A stretch of DNA of 64,000 bases, from assembly GCA_965250245.1 (NCBI GenBank), contig OZ252296.1, forward strand, positions 26,994 to 90,993. The letters run 5' to 3'. Of this stretch, positions 10,172 to 19,652 are shown in pieces. This DNA comes from Inquilinaceae bacterium. GTDB taxonomy: Bacteria > Pseudomonadota > Alphaproteobacteria > DSM-16000 > Inquilinaceae. The position numbers and the translations under genes were made by a program. The number at the start of each line of letters is the position of its first letter. Position 1 is the stretch's first letter. A model generated the notes under the pieces. That model was given only the letters and a program-made list of their open reading frames with translations. It was not told the origin of the DNA and searched no databases.

Positions 10172-11881
10172 CTATCGCGGCGAAACAATGTCGTCGAACG
10201 GCAGTTCGGTCGGAATCGCGCGGTAATAGTTCTCCGGTGACAGCGCCAGCTCGATGAACGCCGAAGCGCGCTCTGGCGGCGTTGAGATCAATTGCGCAAT
10301 TGTCAGGCCGAACTCCGCCACACGGTAGGCGCTATCCCCATATCCGGATGACGCGAGGCTCGATGCGAAAAAGGCGGCCATCTCCGAGGTCATCTGTGCG
10401 TTGAGGTTGTTGTCCGCACCTCCGAGCGCGTTAGAATGGATGTGCCGCAGCGTGGCAATCACACCCTCCACGTCACCGACTGAAGCCTGCAAATCAGCGA
10501 CGTAGTCGATTTCGGAAAGATCTTCCGCCCTTTGCGTGAAATCGCGCATTAGGGCGATTGCATCCTGAATGATCTCGCCGGCCAGATCGTCAAATCCGAC
10601 GGCTTCGGCGGCCCAAGCCAGTTCGAGATGGCGTTCGTAGTCCCCTGAATCACGCGCGTAGTCGCGTGCCAGAGAGAACGTGTCGGCGAAGACAGTTTCC
10701 GCGGCCGTGGTATCACCGCTGTCGGCGATCGCCCGCCCGATCCGGCGTTGCAGGTCGATGCGATCTGCCAAACGCACAGCCTGAGCGGCAACATCAAGTG
10801 CAGCGGAATAGCTGGAGCGGTCGTCCACAATATCAGCGATCATGATATGTGACTCGACGACGTTCCGAATGACTTGGGCGTCCTCGTAGGCTTCCTCGAC
10901 GTCCTCGGAATTCGGATCAAGTCCGGTCCGGATCTCTTCTGCGACCTTCAGGGAAACCATGAGGGCGGACAGGGCGGCGTCCGGATGGCCCATTTCGTTC
11001 TGAATACGTGCGATGGTCTGGAGGTCGAACACGCGCCCAGCTGGGAATCGAACCCCATAGAGTTCGGCATCCGTGACGATCGGGAATGCCAAGTGGACGT
11101 ACTTTTCAGCCGAAGTGAAATCTCCCTGCGTCATCAGGGAACGGGCGAGGTCCAGAATGAACCTCACGCGGCGTCTGCCGGAATCGGTGTGCGCCAGAAC
11201 TTCGCGCACACCTTCGACATCTCCTAACGTTGCAAACTGACGCTCAAGTGGCGCAAGAGCCATGCTGTCGGCGCCACCATTGCGAGCCGTGCGATAGATC
11301 CTTGTAAGCAGGTTGCTGGCTGCCGACACATCGCCCACTTCGGCACGGGCGCGTACGATCGAGAGCAGACCTTGGTGTTGCCCCCATATGTTCGTCTCGC
11401 GCCAAGCCTCTCGCTCGGCGGCGTCGATCGTCTGTCGGCCCTCTGCATGGTTGCCGGCCCGGAACTGCGCGACTCCAATCACGGCCATGAGCGCCGCGCG
11501 ATCGGAAGCACTGTTCAGTAGTTCGGTGGTGTTCAGCGCGGCTTCGACATCTCCGTCGATCCAATAGCTGTCCGCAATTGGCGACACGAGCCTGAACCGG
11601 CCGAATGGATGGACATGCCGAAGCATTGCCAGGGCTCCAGCCCGATCGCCTACATGAAGCTGGGCAGTCGCGATCCGATATCCGATGAGCGCTTCAGATC
11701 CGCCGGACATCGCAATTGGAGCCAGCGAAATTGCCGCGTCCAGAAGGCAATTCGGATCTTGTGCCTCCATGCACGTCGCTATGCGTTCCTCTATTTCGGC
11801 AGTCTGCGCCCAGGACGCAGAAGCGAAACCGGCGGCCGCCGCGGTGAGGAACCCGATCCAGATCGTTAGGAGTCCGCGCAT
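10172..11881 (-). CDS. Hypothetical secreted all-alpha repeat (TPR-like) protein
   Basis: 569 aa from an ATG start. Signal-like N-terminus (...FASASWA|QT). Helical Ala/Asp/Glu-rich repeats with no catalytic motif recognised. GC is lower than the neighbours (sampled lines 57-60% vs ~75%). Confidence 0.7.
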   Translation of the reverse strand: MRGLLTIWIGFLTAAAAGFASASWAQTAEIEERIATCMEAQDPNCLLDAAISLAPIAMSGGSEALIGYRIATAQLHVGDRAGALAMLRHVHPFGRFRLVSPIADSYWIDGDVEAALNTTELLNSASDRAALMAVIGVAQFRAGNHAEGRQTIDAAEREAWRETNIWGQHQGLLSIVRARAEVGDVSAASNLLTRIYRTARNGGADSMALAPLERQFATLGDVEGVREVLAHTDSGRRRVRFILDLARSLMTQGDFTSAEKYVHLAFPIVTDAELYGVRFPAGRVFDLQTIARIQNEMGHPDAALSALMVSLKVAEEIRTGLDPNSEDVEEAYEDAQVIRNVVESHIMIADIVDDRSSYSAALDVAAQAVRLADRIDLQRRIGRAIADSGDTTAAETVFADTFSLARDYARDSGDYERHLELAWAAEAVGFDDLAGEIIQDAIALMRDFTQRAEDLSEIDYVADLQASVGDVEGVIATLRHIHSNALGGADNNLNAQMTSEMAAFFASSLASSGYGDSAYRVAEFGLTIAQLISTPPERASAFIELALSPENYYRAIPTELPFDDIVSPR

Positions 11882-12033
11882 CTTTTGCCCGAGGCCGACC
11901 GTCGTGATCTTCGGAAATCACTATCTGCGATGGTGGCAACCTTATCCACCGACACTTGATGTTGGTGGAGTGCCACTGTCGCCGCAATGCATGTCGCTGC
12001 AGGTCGGTTTGTGCCTGGGCGGCTGGACCGTGC

Positions 12034-13323
12034 TTAGTCGGCGTCCGGTTGTGGCTTCAAATCCAGCTCCGGTTCCGATGCGCCCTCGGCTTCCTCCACG
12101 GCCCATTCCTGGGCGGCGGCGACGGCGATCGGGCTGGGGCGGGGGCCGAGCGGGACCGCCGGGCCCTGCTCCTCCAGCGGGATCGCCGGGCGCCGAACCA
12201 TCCGATAGAGGGCGAAGGCACCGAGCGCGGCGTGGCCCGCCAGCAGGTACCAGAAGAAGCCGTCCGGACCGGTCACCGCCATGGCGCCCGACGCGCTGAC
12301 CGGGCCGAGGATGGCGCCGATGCCGCCCAGCAGCACCAGCGTGCCGCTGGCCGGGACGATCTGGTCGATCTCCAGACGGTCGTTGGTGTGGGCGATGCTG
12401 AGCGAGTACATGGGGAAGGACGCCGCGCCGTAGGCGGCGGCGCAGGCCAGCAGCACCGGCGTCGACACGGTCCCGAACAGGATGGCGGCCAGGGCGCAGG
12501 CGGCCGCGGCGATGGTCACGCCGGCCAGGACGATGCGCCGGTCGATCATGTCGGAGAGCCTGCCGATCGGCCATTGCAGTGCGATGCCGCCGATCACCGT
12601 CGCCGCCATGAAAAACGAAATCTCGCCGACCGACAGCCCGACGGCGGCGGCGTAGACCGCGCCCATGCCGAAGAAGCCGCCATTGGTCATGCCGGTTGCC
12701 ACCGAGCCGACGACGCCGAGCGGCGAGATGCGGAACAGCTCGCGCACGCCGACCGGCTTGGGCGTGCTGATTTCCGGAGCCGCGCCGACGGTCACCAGCA
12801 TCGGGATCAGGGCCAGGGACACCATCACCGAGGACAGGATGAACAGGTCGTATCCGGCCGGATCGGCCAGGTTCAGCATGAACTGGCCGCTCGCCAGCCC
12901 GGCATACATCACCACCATGTAGATCGACAGCAGCTGGCCGCGGGTCTCGTTGGTGGCGCGGTCGTTCAGCCAGCTCTCGGCCACTACGTAGAGGCCGGCA
13001 TAGCTGAAGCCGGTGAACAACCGCATGACGGCCCAGGAGGCCGGGTCGACGAACACCGAGTGCAGCAGCACCGAGACCGAGGCCAGCGAGGCCAGGGCGG
13101 CGAATGTGCGGACATGGCCGACCTGGGTGACCACCCTGGTCGACAGCCGTGACCCGGCCAGGAAGCCGACATAGTAGGCCGACATGACCAGGCCGGTGAC
13201 GGTGGTCGGGAAGGCCTCCAGCGAGGCGCGCAGGCCCAGCAGGGTGCCCTGCAGCCCGTTCGCCAGCATGATCAGCGCGATGCCGAGGAACAGCGGCCAG
13301 GTGGCCGAGACGATCACGTTCAT
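12034..13323 (-). CDS. MFS transporter
   Basis: 429 aa with about 12 hydrophobic segments and the MFS loop motif (ESWLNDRATNETRGQLLS). Confidence 0.9.
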   Translation of the reverse strand: MNVIVSATWPLFLGIALIMLANGLQGTLLGLRASLEAFPTTVTGLVMSAYYVGFLAGSRLSTRVVTQVGHVRTFAALASLASVSVLLHSVFVDPASWAVMRLFTGFSYAGLYVVAESWLNDRATNETRGQLLSIYMVVMYAGLASGQFMLNLADPAGYDLFILSSVMVSLALIPMLVTVGAAPEISTPKPVGVRELFRISPLGVVGSVATGMTNGGFFGMGAVYAAAVGLSVGEISFFMAATVIGGIALQWPIGRLSDMIDRRIVLAGVTIAAAACALAAILFGTVSTPVLLACAAAYGAASFPMYSLSIAHTNDRLEIDQIVPASGTLVLLGGIGAILGPVSASGAMAVTGPDGFFWYLLAGHAALGAFALYRMVRRPAIPLEEQGPAVPLGPRPSPIAVAAAQEWAVEEAEGASEPELDLKPQPDAD

Positions 13324-13465
13324 GGGCGGTTAGCCGGTAAGGGTGGGCCTCTTCGGCCGCCGCTGGCGGTCGCGATTGCGCTCAAGTGGGAGCGGCGATT
13401 TCCTCTTTAAACCCCATGGATCGGAAAAGCGACGGAATGTGCAAAGGGGCAATCAAACCGGGGCA

Positions 13466-13654
13466 AACCACAGAGGCGCGGAGGCACAGAGGCTCAGCGA
13501 ACAGTATCCAACCCCATCGTCATTCCCGCGAAAGCGGGAATCCAGTCTTCATGCCGCTGACGCTGCCAAGTCGGGATCGCTGGATTCCCGCTTTCGCGGG
13601 AGTGACGATTGCTTCTGAGTTGTTGGTTCTCTGTGTCTCTGTGCCTCTGTGGTT
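13466..13654. repeat. Composite nested-palindrome REP/MITE-like element (copy A)
   Basis: Outer CACAGAG-rich inverted arms (13466-13493 / 13625-54) enclose two inverted hairpin units, CGTCATTCCCGCGAAAGCGGGAATCC (13518-43) and its near-complement (13582-13607). Copy B at 30483-30645 has the same architecture. Confidence 0.85.
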
Positions 13655-13671
13655 CACCTAGCCCTGGTCCA

Positions 13672-14181
13672 CTACTGCGCCGCTGCCACCCAGTTTTCCG
13701 CCCGACGTGTCGCCTCGGCCAGATCGGCCGCGCTCATCCGCGTGGCCAGGGCGTCGCGGCGTTGGGAGGCGGCGTTGGTGCCGTCGGGGCCGAGCGGGAT
13801 GCCGCGGGCGGCGACGTCCAGCCACATGTATGCGGCCACGTCATCCTGGGCGACGCCGGTGCCCGACTGGTAGGCGAGGCCGAGATTGTACTGGGCGTGG
13901 GCGTGGCCCTGCTCGGCGGCGGCGCGGTACCAGCGGGCGGATTGTTCCGCGTCCGCAGTCAGGCCAGGGGCGCCGCGATAGAGCAGGCCGAGCAGCGCCT
14001 GGGCGGTGGCGTCGCCGCCCTCGGCCAGCGGCGCCCATTCCGCCAGCGCGGTCTCGTAGTCGCCCTGGTCATAGGCGGACAGGCCGTCGACGATGTCGGC
14101 GCGGGCCGAAAGTGCGAAAAGCAGAACCGCGAAGGCCGGGATCGCCGTGAAAAGGAAGCCCGGTCGCTGGGAAACAAACAT
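13672..14181 (-). CDS. Sel1-repeat (TPR-like) secreted protein
   Basis: 170 aa from ATG 14181, with GGAG 7 nt upstream. Signal peptide, then Sel1 units (AQALLGLLY..., AQYNLGLAYQSGTGVAQDDVAAYMW). Confidence 0.85.
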   Translation of the reverse strand: MFVSQRPGFLFTAIPAFAVLLFALSARADIVDGLSAYDQGDYETALAEWAPLAEGGDATAQALLGLLYRGAPGLTADAEQSARWYRAAAEQGHAHAQYNLGLAYQSGTGVAQDDVAAYMWLDVAARGIPLGPDGTNAASQRRDALATRMSAADLAEATRRAENWVAAAQ

Positions 14182-14418
14182 CGCAAATCTCCGGTCCAAA
14201 GGCTGCTCGTCTCACAGGTTAGCGCGGCCCCGGACAAGAAAAATCTCAATCGGACGCAAAAAAACGTGATGTGTGACAGCCGTCATGTCTGTTTGTGACA
14301 GCTCCATGAATAGTGGGCCATCGACGCGGTTCGTCCGATGTTGAGAGGACGGGGGTCCCGGCTCCCGGCCCGACCAAGATGGTACAGCCGACCGCCGCAA
14401 AGCGTATTGGAGCAAGCC

Positions 14419-14772
14419 ATGAGACTTGATGACATGGATACCAATCACCGGTTCCAATCGGTGAAGAAGGCGGTGGCGGTGGTATCGACCGTGGCGGCGA
14501 TGGCCGTCACGGTCGGGTCGGCCGGGCCGGCGGCGGCGCAGGGCCTGTGCATGCCGCGCGAACAGATCGTCGAGATGCTCGACGCCCGCTATGCCGAGGC
14601 GCCGATCGCGCTGGGGCTGGCCTCGGGCGGCCGCCTGGTGGAGGTCTTCAGCACCGAGGACGGATCGACCTGGACCCTGCTGCTGACCGCCCCGGACGGC
14701 ACCAGCTGCATGATGGCCGAAGGCCAGGGCTGGTCGGCACTGCCGGGCCCGATCGTCGGGCAGGTGTCGTGA
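14419..14772 (+). CDS. Small secreted hypothetical protein
   Basis: 117 aa. GGAG lies 7 nt upstream of ATG 14419. Signal peptide (...GPAAAQG), then two Cys (LCMPREQ..., DGTSCMM). High GC3. Confidence 0.65.
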   Translation: MRLDDMDTNHRFQSVKKAVAVVSTVAAMAVTVGSAGPAAAQGLCMPREQIVEMLDARYAEAPIALGLASGGRLVEVFSTEDGSTWTLLLTAPDGTSCMMAEGQGWSALPGPIVGQVS

Positions 14773-14978
14773 TGCGCCTAGCATACGAAAGCCCGTCGGG
14801 GTCGGGCGCAGTGGTGTTCCCGCACAAGCCGGGATCGGACGAGGCCTACCAGTGCCGACTGGCGCTCAGCCTGATCGACTCGGTCGGTTTCGACGGCGCC
14901 ATACGCTATTGCCGCAACAATTCCTGGGACGGCGTGCTGCGCGCCGTGCAGGCCCTGCGGGGCACCGGACAGGCCTGA
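14772..14978 (+). CDS. Small hypothetical protein, translationally coupled to the upstream ORF
   Basis: 68 aa. Its ATG overlaps the upstream TGA (gTGATG, 14770-14774). Two Cys, no signal peptide. Confidence 0.5.
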   Translation: MRLAYESPSGSGAVVFPHKPGSDEAYQCRLALSLIDSVGFDGAIRYCRNNSWDGVLRAVQALRGTGQA

Positions 14979-15025
14979 AACGCCGCTGGGCCGGTGAGGC
15001 CGGGTAGGCGCCTGCCGAGCCGTCA

Positions 15026-15197
15026 GCGCGGGACCTCGTCCTTCGACAGGCTCAGGATGAGGTCGTGAGCGTTGGACGGCGGATACGCCAATCAACCGCA
15101 CAATCTGACATTCGCGACTGACGCGATCCTCAGGAGTCTGAGGCCGCTCCACCCTATCGACCTCATCCTGAGCCTGTCGAAGGACGAGGTCCCGCGC
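15026..15197. repeat. MITE-like element with 40-bp perfect terminal inverted repeats
   Basis: GCGCGGGACCTCGTCCTTCGACAGGCTCAGGATGAGGTCG (15026-15065) is the exact reverse complement of 15158-15197, with a 92-bp core between. The total length is 172 bp and it has no coding capacity. Confidence 0.85.
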
Positions 15198-15208
15198 CGG
15201 CGTCGATG

Positions 15209-17986
15209 CTAGGCGCGAAGCCCGTCCGATGGCTGTTGCACAGCCAGGAACTCACCGACAATCGCGACCGCTTCGGCCAGGCCGAGCCGCTCGATCTCCA
15301 CGCCCTCGGGAAACGCGCCGGCCAGCCGCGATGGCATCATCGGATCCAGCATGACGAAGACGCCATGGTCGCCGGCCTGGCGGATCAGCCGGCCATAGGC
15401 CTGCTTGAGCCTGAGCCGGGTGATCATGTCGTCGTAGCGGCGCTTGCCGAAATGCTCCCGCCGGGCCCGGTGCAGGATGGTCGGCCGCGGCCAGGGCACC
15501 CGGTCGAACACGATCAGGCGCAGGCTGCGGCCCGGCACGTCGATGCCGTCGCGCACCGCATCGGTGCCCAGCAGGCAGGAATCCGGCTCGCCGCGGAAGA
15601 TATCCACCAGCGTCGCCACGTCCATCCCGTCCACATGCTGGGCGTGCAGCGCCAATCCGCGCTGTTCCAGCGGGCCGGCGATGCGCCGATGCACCTCGCG
15701 CAGACGGCTGATTGCGGTGAACAGGCCGAGCGCGCCGCCGCCGGCCGCCTCGAACAGCTCCCGATAGGCAGCGGCCACCTGGTCGAAGTCATCCTTGCGC
15801 ACATCCCGGACCACCAGCACCCGGGTCTGTCCGGCATAGTCGAAGGGCGAGGGCACGGCGGCGCGGGTCGCCGGACGCAGCAGATGCTCGGCGCCGGTCC
15901 GGGCCTCGGCCGCCTGCCAGTCCGCCTCCGGCTCGCCGGTGCCATCGGTCAGCGTCGCCGAGGTCACGACCATGCCATGGGCGTAGTGGCCCAGCGCCTC
16001 GGCGAAGGGCAGGGTCGGATCGACCCAATGCCGGTAATGGCCGACATTGACATCGCGGCTGGAGCCGTCCGGGCCCATGCGCTCGACTCCGAACCAGTCG
16101 ACGAAGGCGTCCGGTGTCTCCTGGCCCAGGGTCGCAAGCATGTCCCGCCATGCCTGGATCTGCACCTTGCCGCGCCGGTCCAGCGCCCGGGCCATGGCGT
16201 CGAGGCGCAGGCGGGTGGCGCTGTCCAGCCGCTCGGCCTCGTCGTCCAGCCGGGCGCGCAGGGATTTGCCGATGGTCTTGAGCGGCACCTGCAGCCTCTT
16301 AAGGGCCGCATCGAGTTTCGAAGCGGTCGCGATCAGGCCGTCGATCGGTTCCGCCGAGTCGCATTCCAGATCGTAGGGCCCATCGACCCCCTGGGCGCGG
16401 GCATAGGTCTGGGTGCGGACCAGGGCCAGGAAGTGTTCCGTGGCGCCGCTCGGCTCGCCCTTGGCGACTCGGCCGGACCAACCCTCGCCGGGCAGGGCGC
16501 GGGCGGCGCGGTCGACCTCGTCCAGGGCCGCGCGGGCCTCGTCATCATCGCCCAGCAGGTCGTCGACCCGGCGCTTCAGGCCGCGGGCCCGGCCGCGGCG
16601 GCCACTCTCCACGCCGATCAGCCAGCGGCGCAGTTCCGCCGTCTCCTGCCCGGTCAAGTGGCCGGCGAAAGCACTGTCGGCGGCGTCGAACAGGTGGTGG
16701 CCCTCGTCGAAGACGTAGCGGGTCGGCAGGCTGGTGTCGTCCATGCCGCCCAAGGCCGCCTGGATCATCACCAGGGCGTGGTTGGCGACCACTATGTCGG
16801 CCTTGCGGGCCCGGCGCACGCTGCGCTCGATGAAGCAGCGGCCGTAATGGGGGCACGCGGAATAGACGCATTCGCCGCGCCGGTCGGCCAGGCCCAGGCT
16901 GCGCCCGCGCCCGACCAGGTCGGCCAGCCAGCCGGGGAAATCGCCGCCGGACATGTCGCCGTCGCGGGTCGCCGCCGTCCAGCGCGCCATCAGGCCGAGC
17001 GCAATGCCGTATTGCGGCTGGGCCGGCAGGGCGCGGGTGGCTTCCTCCAGGTTCAGCAGGCAGAGATAGTTCTCCCGTCCCTTGCGCAACACCACCTTGG
17101 CCGCCTTGCGGTCCGGGCGCGGGTGAAGCCGGTCGAGTTCCCGATCGATCTGGTGCTGCAGGTTGCGGGTGTAGGTGGAGATCCAGACTGGGGCGCCGTT
17201 GCGCTCGGCCCACAGGCTGGCCGGGGCCAGGTAGCCCAGGGTCTTGCCGACACCGGTGCCGGCCTCGGCCAGCACGGTGTTGGGCGTATCCGGCTCGGCG
17301 CGCGGCGTGAAGGCCTCGCAGACGGCGCTGGCGTAATCCGCCTGCTGCGGCCGCTCCTCCGACCCGCTGCCCAGCAGCAGCGCCAGTCGCTCGCGGGCCG
17401 CAGCCGGTTCCACCGGGATCTGCCCCGGTGGCGGTGGTGGCGGGTCGCCCTGCCACTCCGGCAGCCGGTGCCAGACCTGCAACGACCGCCCCGCCTTCTC
17501 GTCGGTCGCGCCATAGGGCCGGCCCAGCGCCGCCAGCACCGGCGGCCCCCACAGCCAGCCGGCCCGCGCCATGGTCCAGGCGATGCCGGCGGCATCCGAC
17601 TTTTCCTCCCGGCCCGGCGCGGTCAGATCGGCGAGCAGTCGTGCCGCCGCCCGCTGCAAGGTGATCGCCGCGTCCTCCAGCCCATGCGGCTCCGGCAGCG
17701 ACAGGATCTCGGCGAGGCCGCGCGGCGTCGGCACGCAGAATTGGGCCGGATGCACGAAGGCGAACAGCTCCAGCAGGTCGTAGGCCCGGAATGAGTCGAG
17801 GCTCTCCCGCCGGGCGATCGACCGGGCGTGGCAGACCAGCAGCGGTGGCCCGTCCAACCGCCGCCTGAGCGCGGTTCCGTCCAACTCCTCGATTTCGCCG
17901 TCGGCGGTCACCAGCACGCCGCCCGACGCGCCGAGGACCAGCGCGTCGGCCTCCGGAATACGCACGGTTGGGGCGGCGGTGTTCAT
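15209..17986 (-). CDS. ATP-dependent DNA helicase, DinG/Rad3 (XPD-like Fe-S) family
   Basis: 925 aa with Walker A AGTGVGKT, DEGH box (VFDEGHHLFD), a Cys cluster (CLLNL...CVYSACPHYGRCF) and C-terminal helicase motifs. Confidence 0.9.
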   Translation of the reverse strand: MNTAAPTVRIPEADALVLGASGGVLVTADGEIEELDGTALRRRLDGPPLLVCHARSIARRESLDSFRAYDLLELFAFVHPAQFCVPTPRGLAEILSLPEPHGLEDAAITLQRAAARLLADLTAPGREEKSDAAGIAWTMARAGWLWGPPVLAALGRPYGATDEKAGRSLQVWHRLPEWQGDPPPPPPGQIPVEPAAARERLALLLGSGSEERPQQADYASAVCEAFTPRAEPDTPNTVLAEAGTGVGKTLGYLAPASLWAERNGAPVWISTYTRNLQHQIDRELDRLHPRPDRKAAKVVLRKGRENYLCLLNLEEATRALPAQPQYGIALGLMARWTAATRDGDMSGGDFPGWLADLVGRGRSLGLADRRGECVYSACPHYGRCFIERSVRRARKADIVVANHALVMIQAALGGMDDTSLPTRYVFDEGHHLFDAADSAFAGHLTGQETAELRRWLIGVESGRRGRARGLKRRVDDLLGDDDEARAALDEVDRAARALPGEGWSGRVAKGEPSGATEHFLALVRTQTYARAQGVDGPYDLECDSAEPIDGLIATASKLDAALKRLQVPLKTIGKSLRARLDDEAERLDSATRLRLDAMARALDRRGKVQIQAWRDMLATLGQETPDAFVDWFGVERMGPDGSSRDVNVGHYRHWVDPTLPFAEALGHYAHGMVVTSATLTDGTGEPEADWQAAEARTGAEHLLRPATRAAVPSPFDYAGQTRVLVVRDVRKDDFDQVAAAYRELFEAAGGGALGLFTAISRLREVHRRIAGPLEQRGLALHAQHVDGMDVATLVDIFRGEPDSCLLGTDAVRDGIDVPGRSLRLIVFDRVPWPRPTILHRARREHFGKRRYDDMITRLRLKQAYGRLIRQAGDHGVFVMLDPMMPSRLAGAFPEGVEIERLGLAEAVAIVGEFLAVQQPSDGLRA

Positions 17987-18110
17987 GGGGCCACTATATC
18001 GATCCGCCGCAGGCCCGCCATGGCCTCGGACCGCACCCCGGGCCGCCTTTCAAATCGCCTGTTCCCGCCCTATAGTGCGCCGCTTTCCGCCCGTCAGAGC
18101 GACCCCTGCC

Positions 18111-19610
18111 ATGACCGACGATTCATCCGGCGATATTCCCCTGCCGTCCGACAATCCCCTGCGCGCGCCGCGGCTGGAGAAGCTGGCGGCCATGCGCGAG
18201 GCCGGGATCGACCCGTACCCGTACAATTTCGACCCGGACACGAGCGCCGCGACCCTGCAGGAGGCCTATGCGGAGCTGCCGGACGACACCCAGACCGAGG
18301 ATGTGGTGCGGATCGCCGGGCGGATCCGGGCGATGCGCAACAACGGCATGTTCATCGACCTGCATGACGTCACCGGCAAGATCCAGGTCTTCAGCCACAA
18401 GGATTTCCTCGACGCGGACGAGCTGGCCAAGCTGAAGCTGCTGGATATCGGCGACATGCTGGGGGTCGAGGGCCGGGTTCGGCGGACCAGGCGCGGCGAG
18501 TTGTCGGTGAATTCCAGCCGGCTGACGGTGCTGGCCAAGGCGCTGCTGCCGCTTCCGGAGAAGTATCACGGCCTGACCGATGTCGAGGCGCGCTACCGCC
18601 AGCGCTACCTTGACCTGATCATGAACGAGGACAGCCGCGCCGTGCTGCGCACCCGCAGCCGGATCATCGCCGAAACCCGGGCTTTCATGATCGACGCCGG
18701 CTATCTGGAGGTCGAGACCCCGATGTTGCACCCGATCCTGGGCGGCGCGTCGGCCAAGCCCTTCATCACCCACCACAATGCGCTGGAGACCGACCTCTAC
18801 CTGCGCATCGCGCCGGAGCTGTACCTGAAGCGGCTGATCGTCGGCGGGCTCGCGGATGGGGTGTTCGAGATCAACCGCTCGTTCCGCAACGAGGGGCTGT
18901 CGCCGCGGCACAACCCCGAATTCACCATGATGGAGCTCTACCACGCCTATGCCGACTATCACGACATGATGGCGCTGGCCGAGGGTCTGATGGCGCGGCT
19001 GGCGGAGGTCGCGACCGGCTCCGCCAAGGTCACCTATGACGGCAACGAGATCGACTTCGCCGGCCCCTATCCGCGGCGCCCCATGGCCGCACTGGTGGAG
19101 GAGGTGACCGGCATCGATTTCATGGGACTGGACGAGGCCGAGGCCCGCAAGGCCGCCGAATCCCAGGATTGCGAGATCACCGGCCACGAGAAATGGGGCG
19201 AATCGCTGGAGAAGGTCTACGGCCACCAGGTCGAGCACATCCTGATCCAGCCTGTGCATGTGACCAACTTCCCGCGCGACATCTCGCCGCTGGCCAAGGT
19301 GCATCGCACCGATGAGCGGCTGACGGAGCGCTTCGAGACCCTGGTCAATGGCTGGGAAGTGGCCAACGCCTTCTCGGAGCTGACCGACCCGCAGGACCAG
19401 TATGAGCGCTTCCAGGCCCAGGTGGCGGCGCGGGAGGCCGGCGACGATGAGGCGCAGATGATGGACCTGGATTACGTCACCGCGCTGGAGCACGGCATGC
19501 CGCCCACTGGCGGCATGGGCGTGGGCCTCGACCGGCTGACCATGATCCTGACCGGCTCGCCCTCGATCCGCGACGTCATCGCCTTCCCGACGCTGAGGCG
19601 GAAGGGGTAG
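18111..19610 (+). CDS. lysS: Lysine--tRNA ligase (class II)
   Basis: 499 aa from ATG 18111, with an OB-fold N-domain and class-II motifs (FRNEGLSPRHNPEFTMMELY, GMGVGLDRL). The ORF opens earlier, at 17979. Confidence 0.95.
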   Translation: MTDDSSGDIPLPSDNPLRAPRLEKLAAMREAGIDPYPYNFDPDTSAATLQEAYAELPDDTQTEDVVRIAGRIRAMRNNGMFIDLHDVTGKIQVFSHKDFLDADELAKLKLLDIGDMLGVEGRVRRTRRGELSVNSSRLTVLAKALLPLPEKYHGLTDVEARYRQRYLDLIMNEDSRAVLRTRSRIIAETRAFMIDAGYLEVETPMLHPILGGASAKPFITHHNALETDLYLRIAPELYLKRLIVGGLADGVFEINRSFRNEGLSPRHNPEFTMMELYHAYADYHDMMALAEGLMARLAEVATGSAKVTYDGNEIDFAGPYPRRPMAALVEEVTGIDFMGLDEAEARKAAESQDCEITGHEKWGESLEKVYGHQVEHILIQPVHVTNFPRDISPLAKVHRTDERLTERFETLVNGWEVANAFSELTDPQDQYERFQAQVAAREAGDDEAQMMDLDYVTALEHGMPPTGGMGVGLDRLTMILTGSPSIRDVIAFPTLRRKG

Positions 19611-19652
19611 GGCCGATCCGGCTCGCCCCGTCGCCGGTCGTCGCGATGCCGG

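Noticed and set aside
13466-13654. Possible CRISPR array suggested by recurring CACAGAG / GGGAAT repeats at 13.5 and 30.5 kb
   Set aside because: The repeats are arranged as nested inverted arms within single ~165-190-bp elements. They are not regularly spaced direct repeats with unique spacers, and there are no cas genes.
13343-13661. Two 91-aa ORFs (and 30477-30683) lying inside the composite repeat elements
   Set aside because: They are translations of palindromic REP DNA (peptides such as SFPRKRES, VIPAKAGI and LCVSVPLW recur because the repeat recurs). They have no RBS and no coding-style GC3.
15206-17794. 862-aa ORF antisense to the DinG-family helicase gene
   Set aside because: It is a shadow ORF with no motifs and a biased Arg/Ala/Gly/Pro composition. 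The helicase on the minus strand has Walker A, a DEGH box and an Fe-S Cys cluster.
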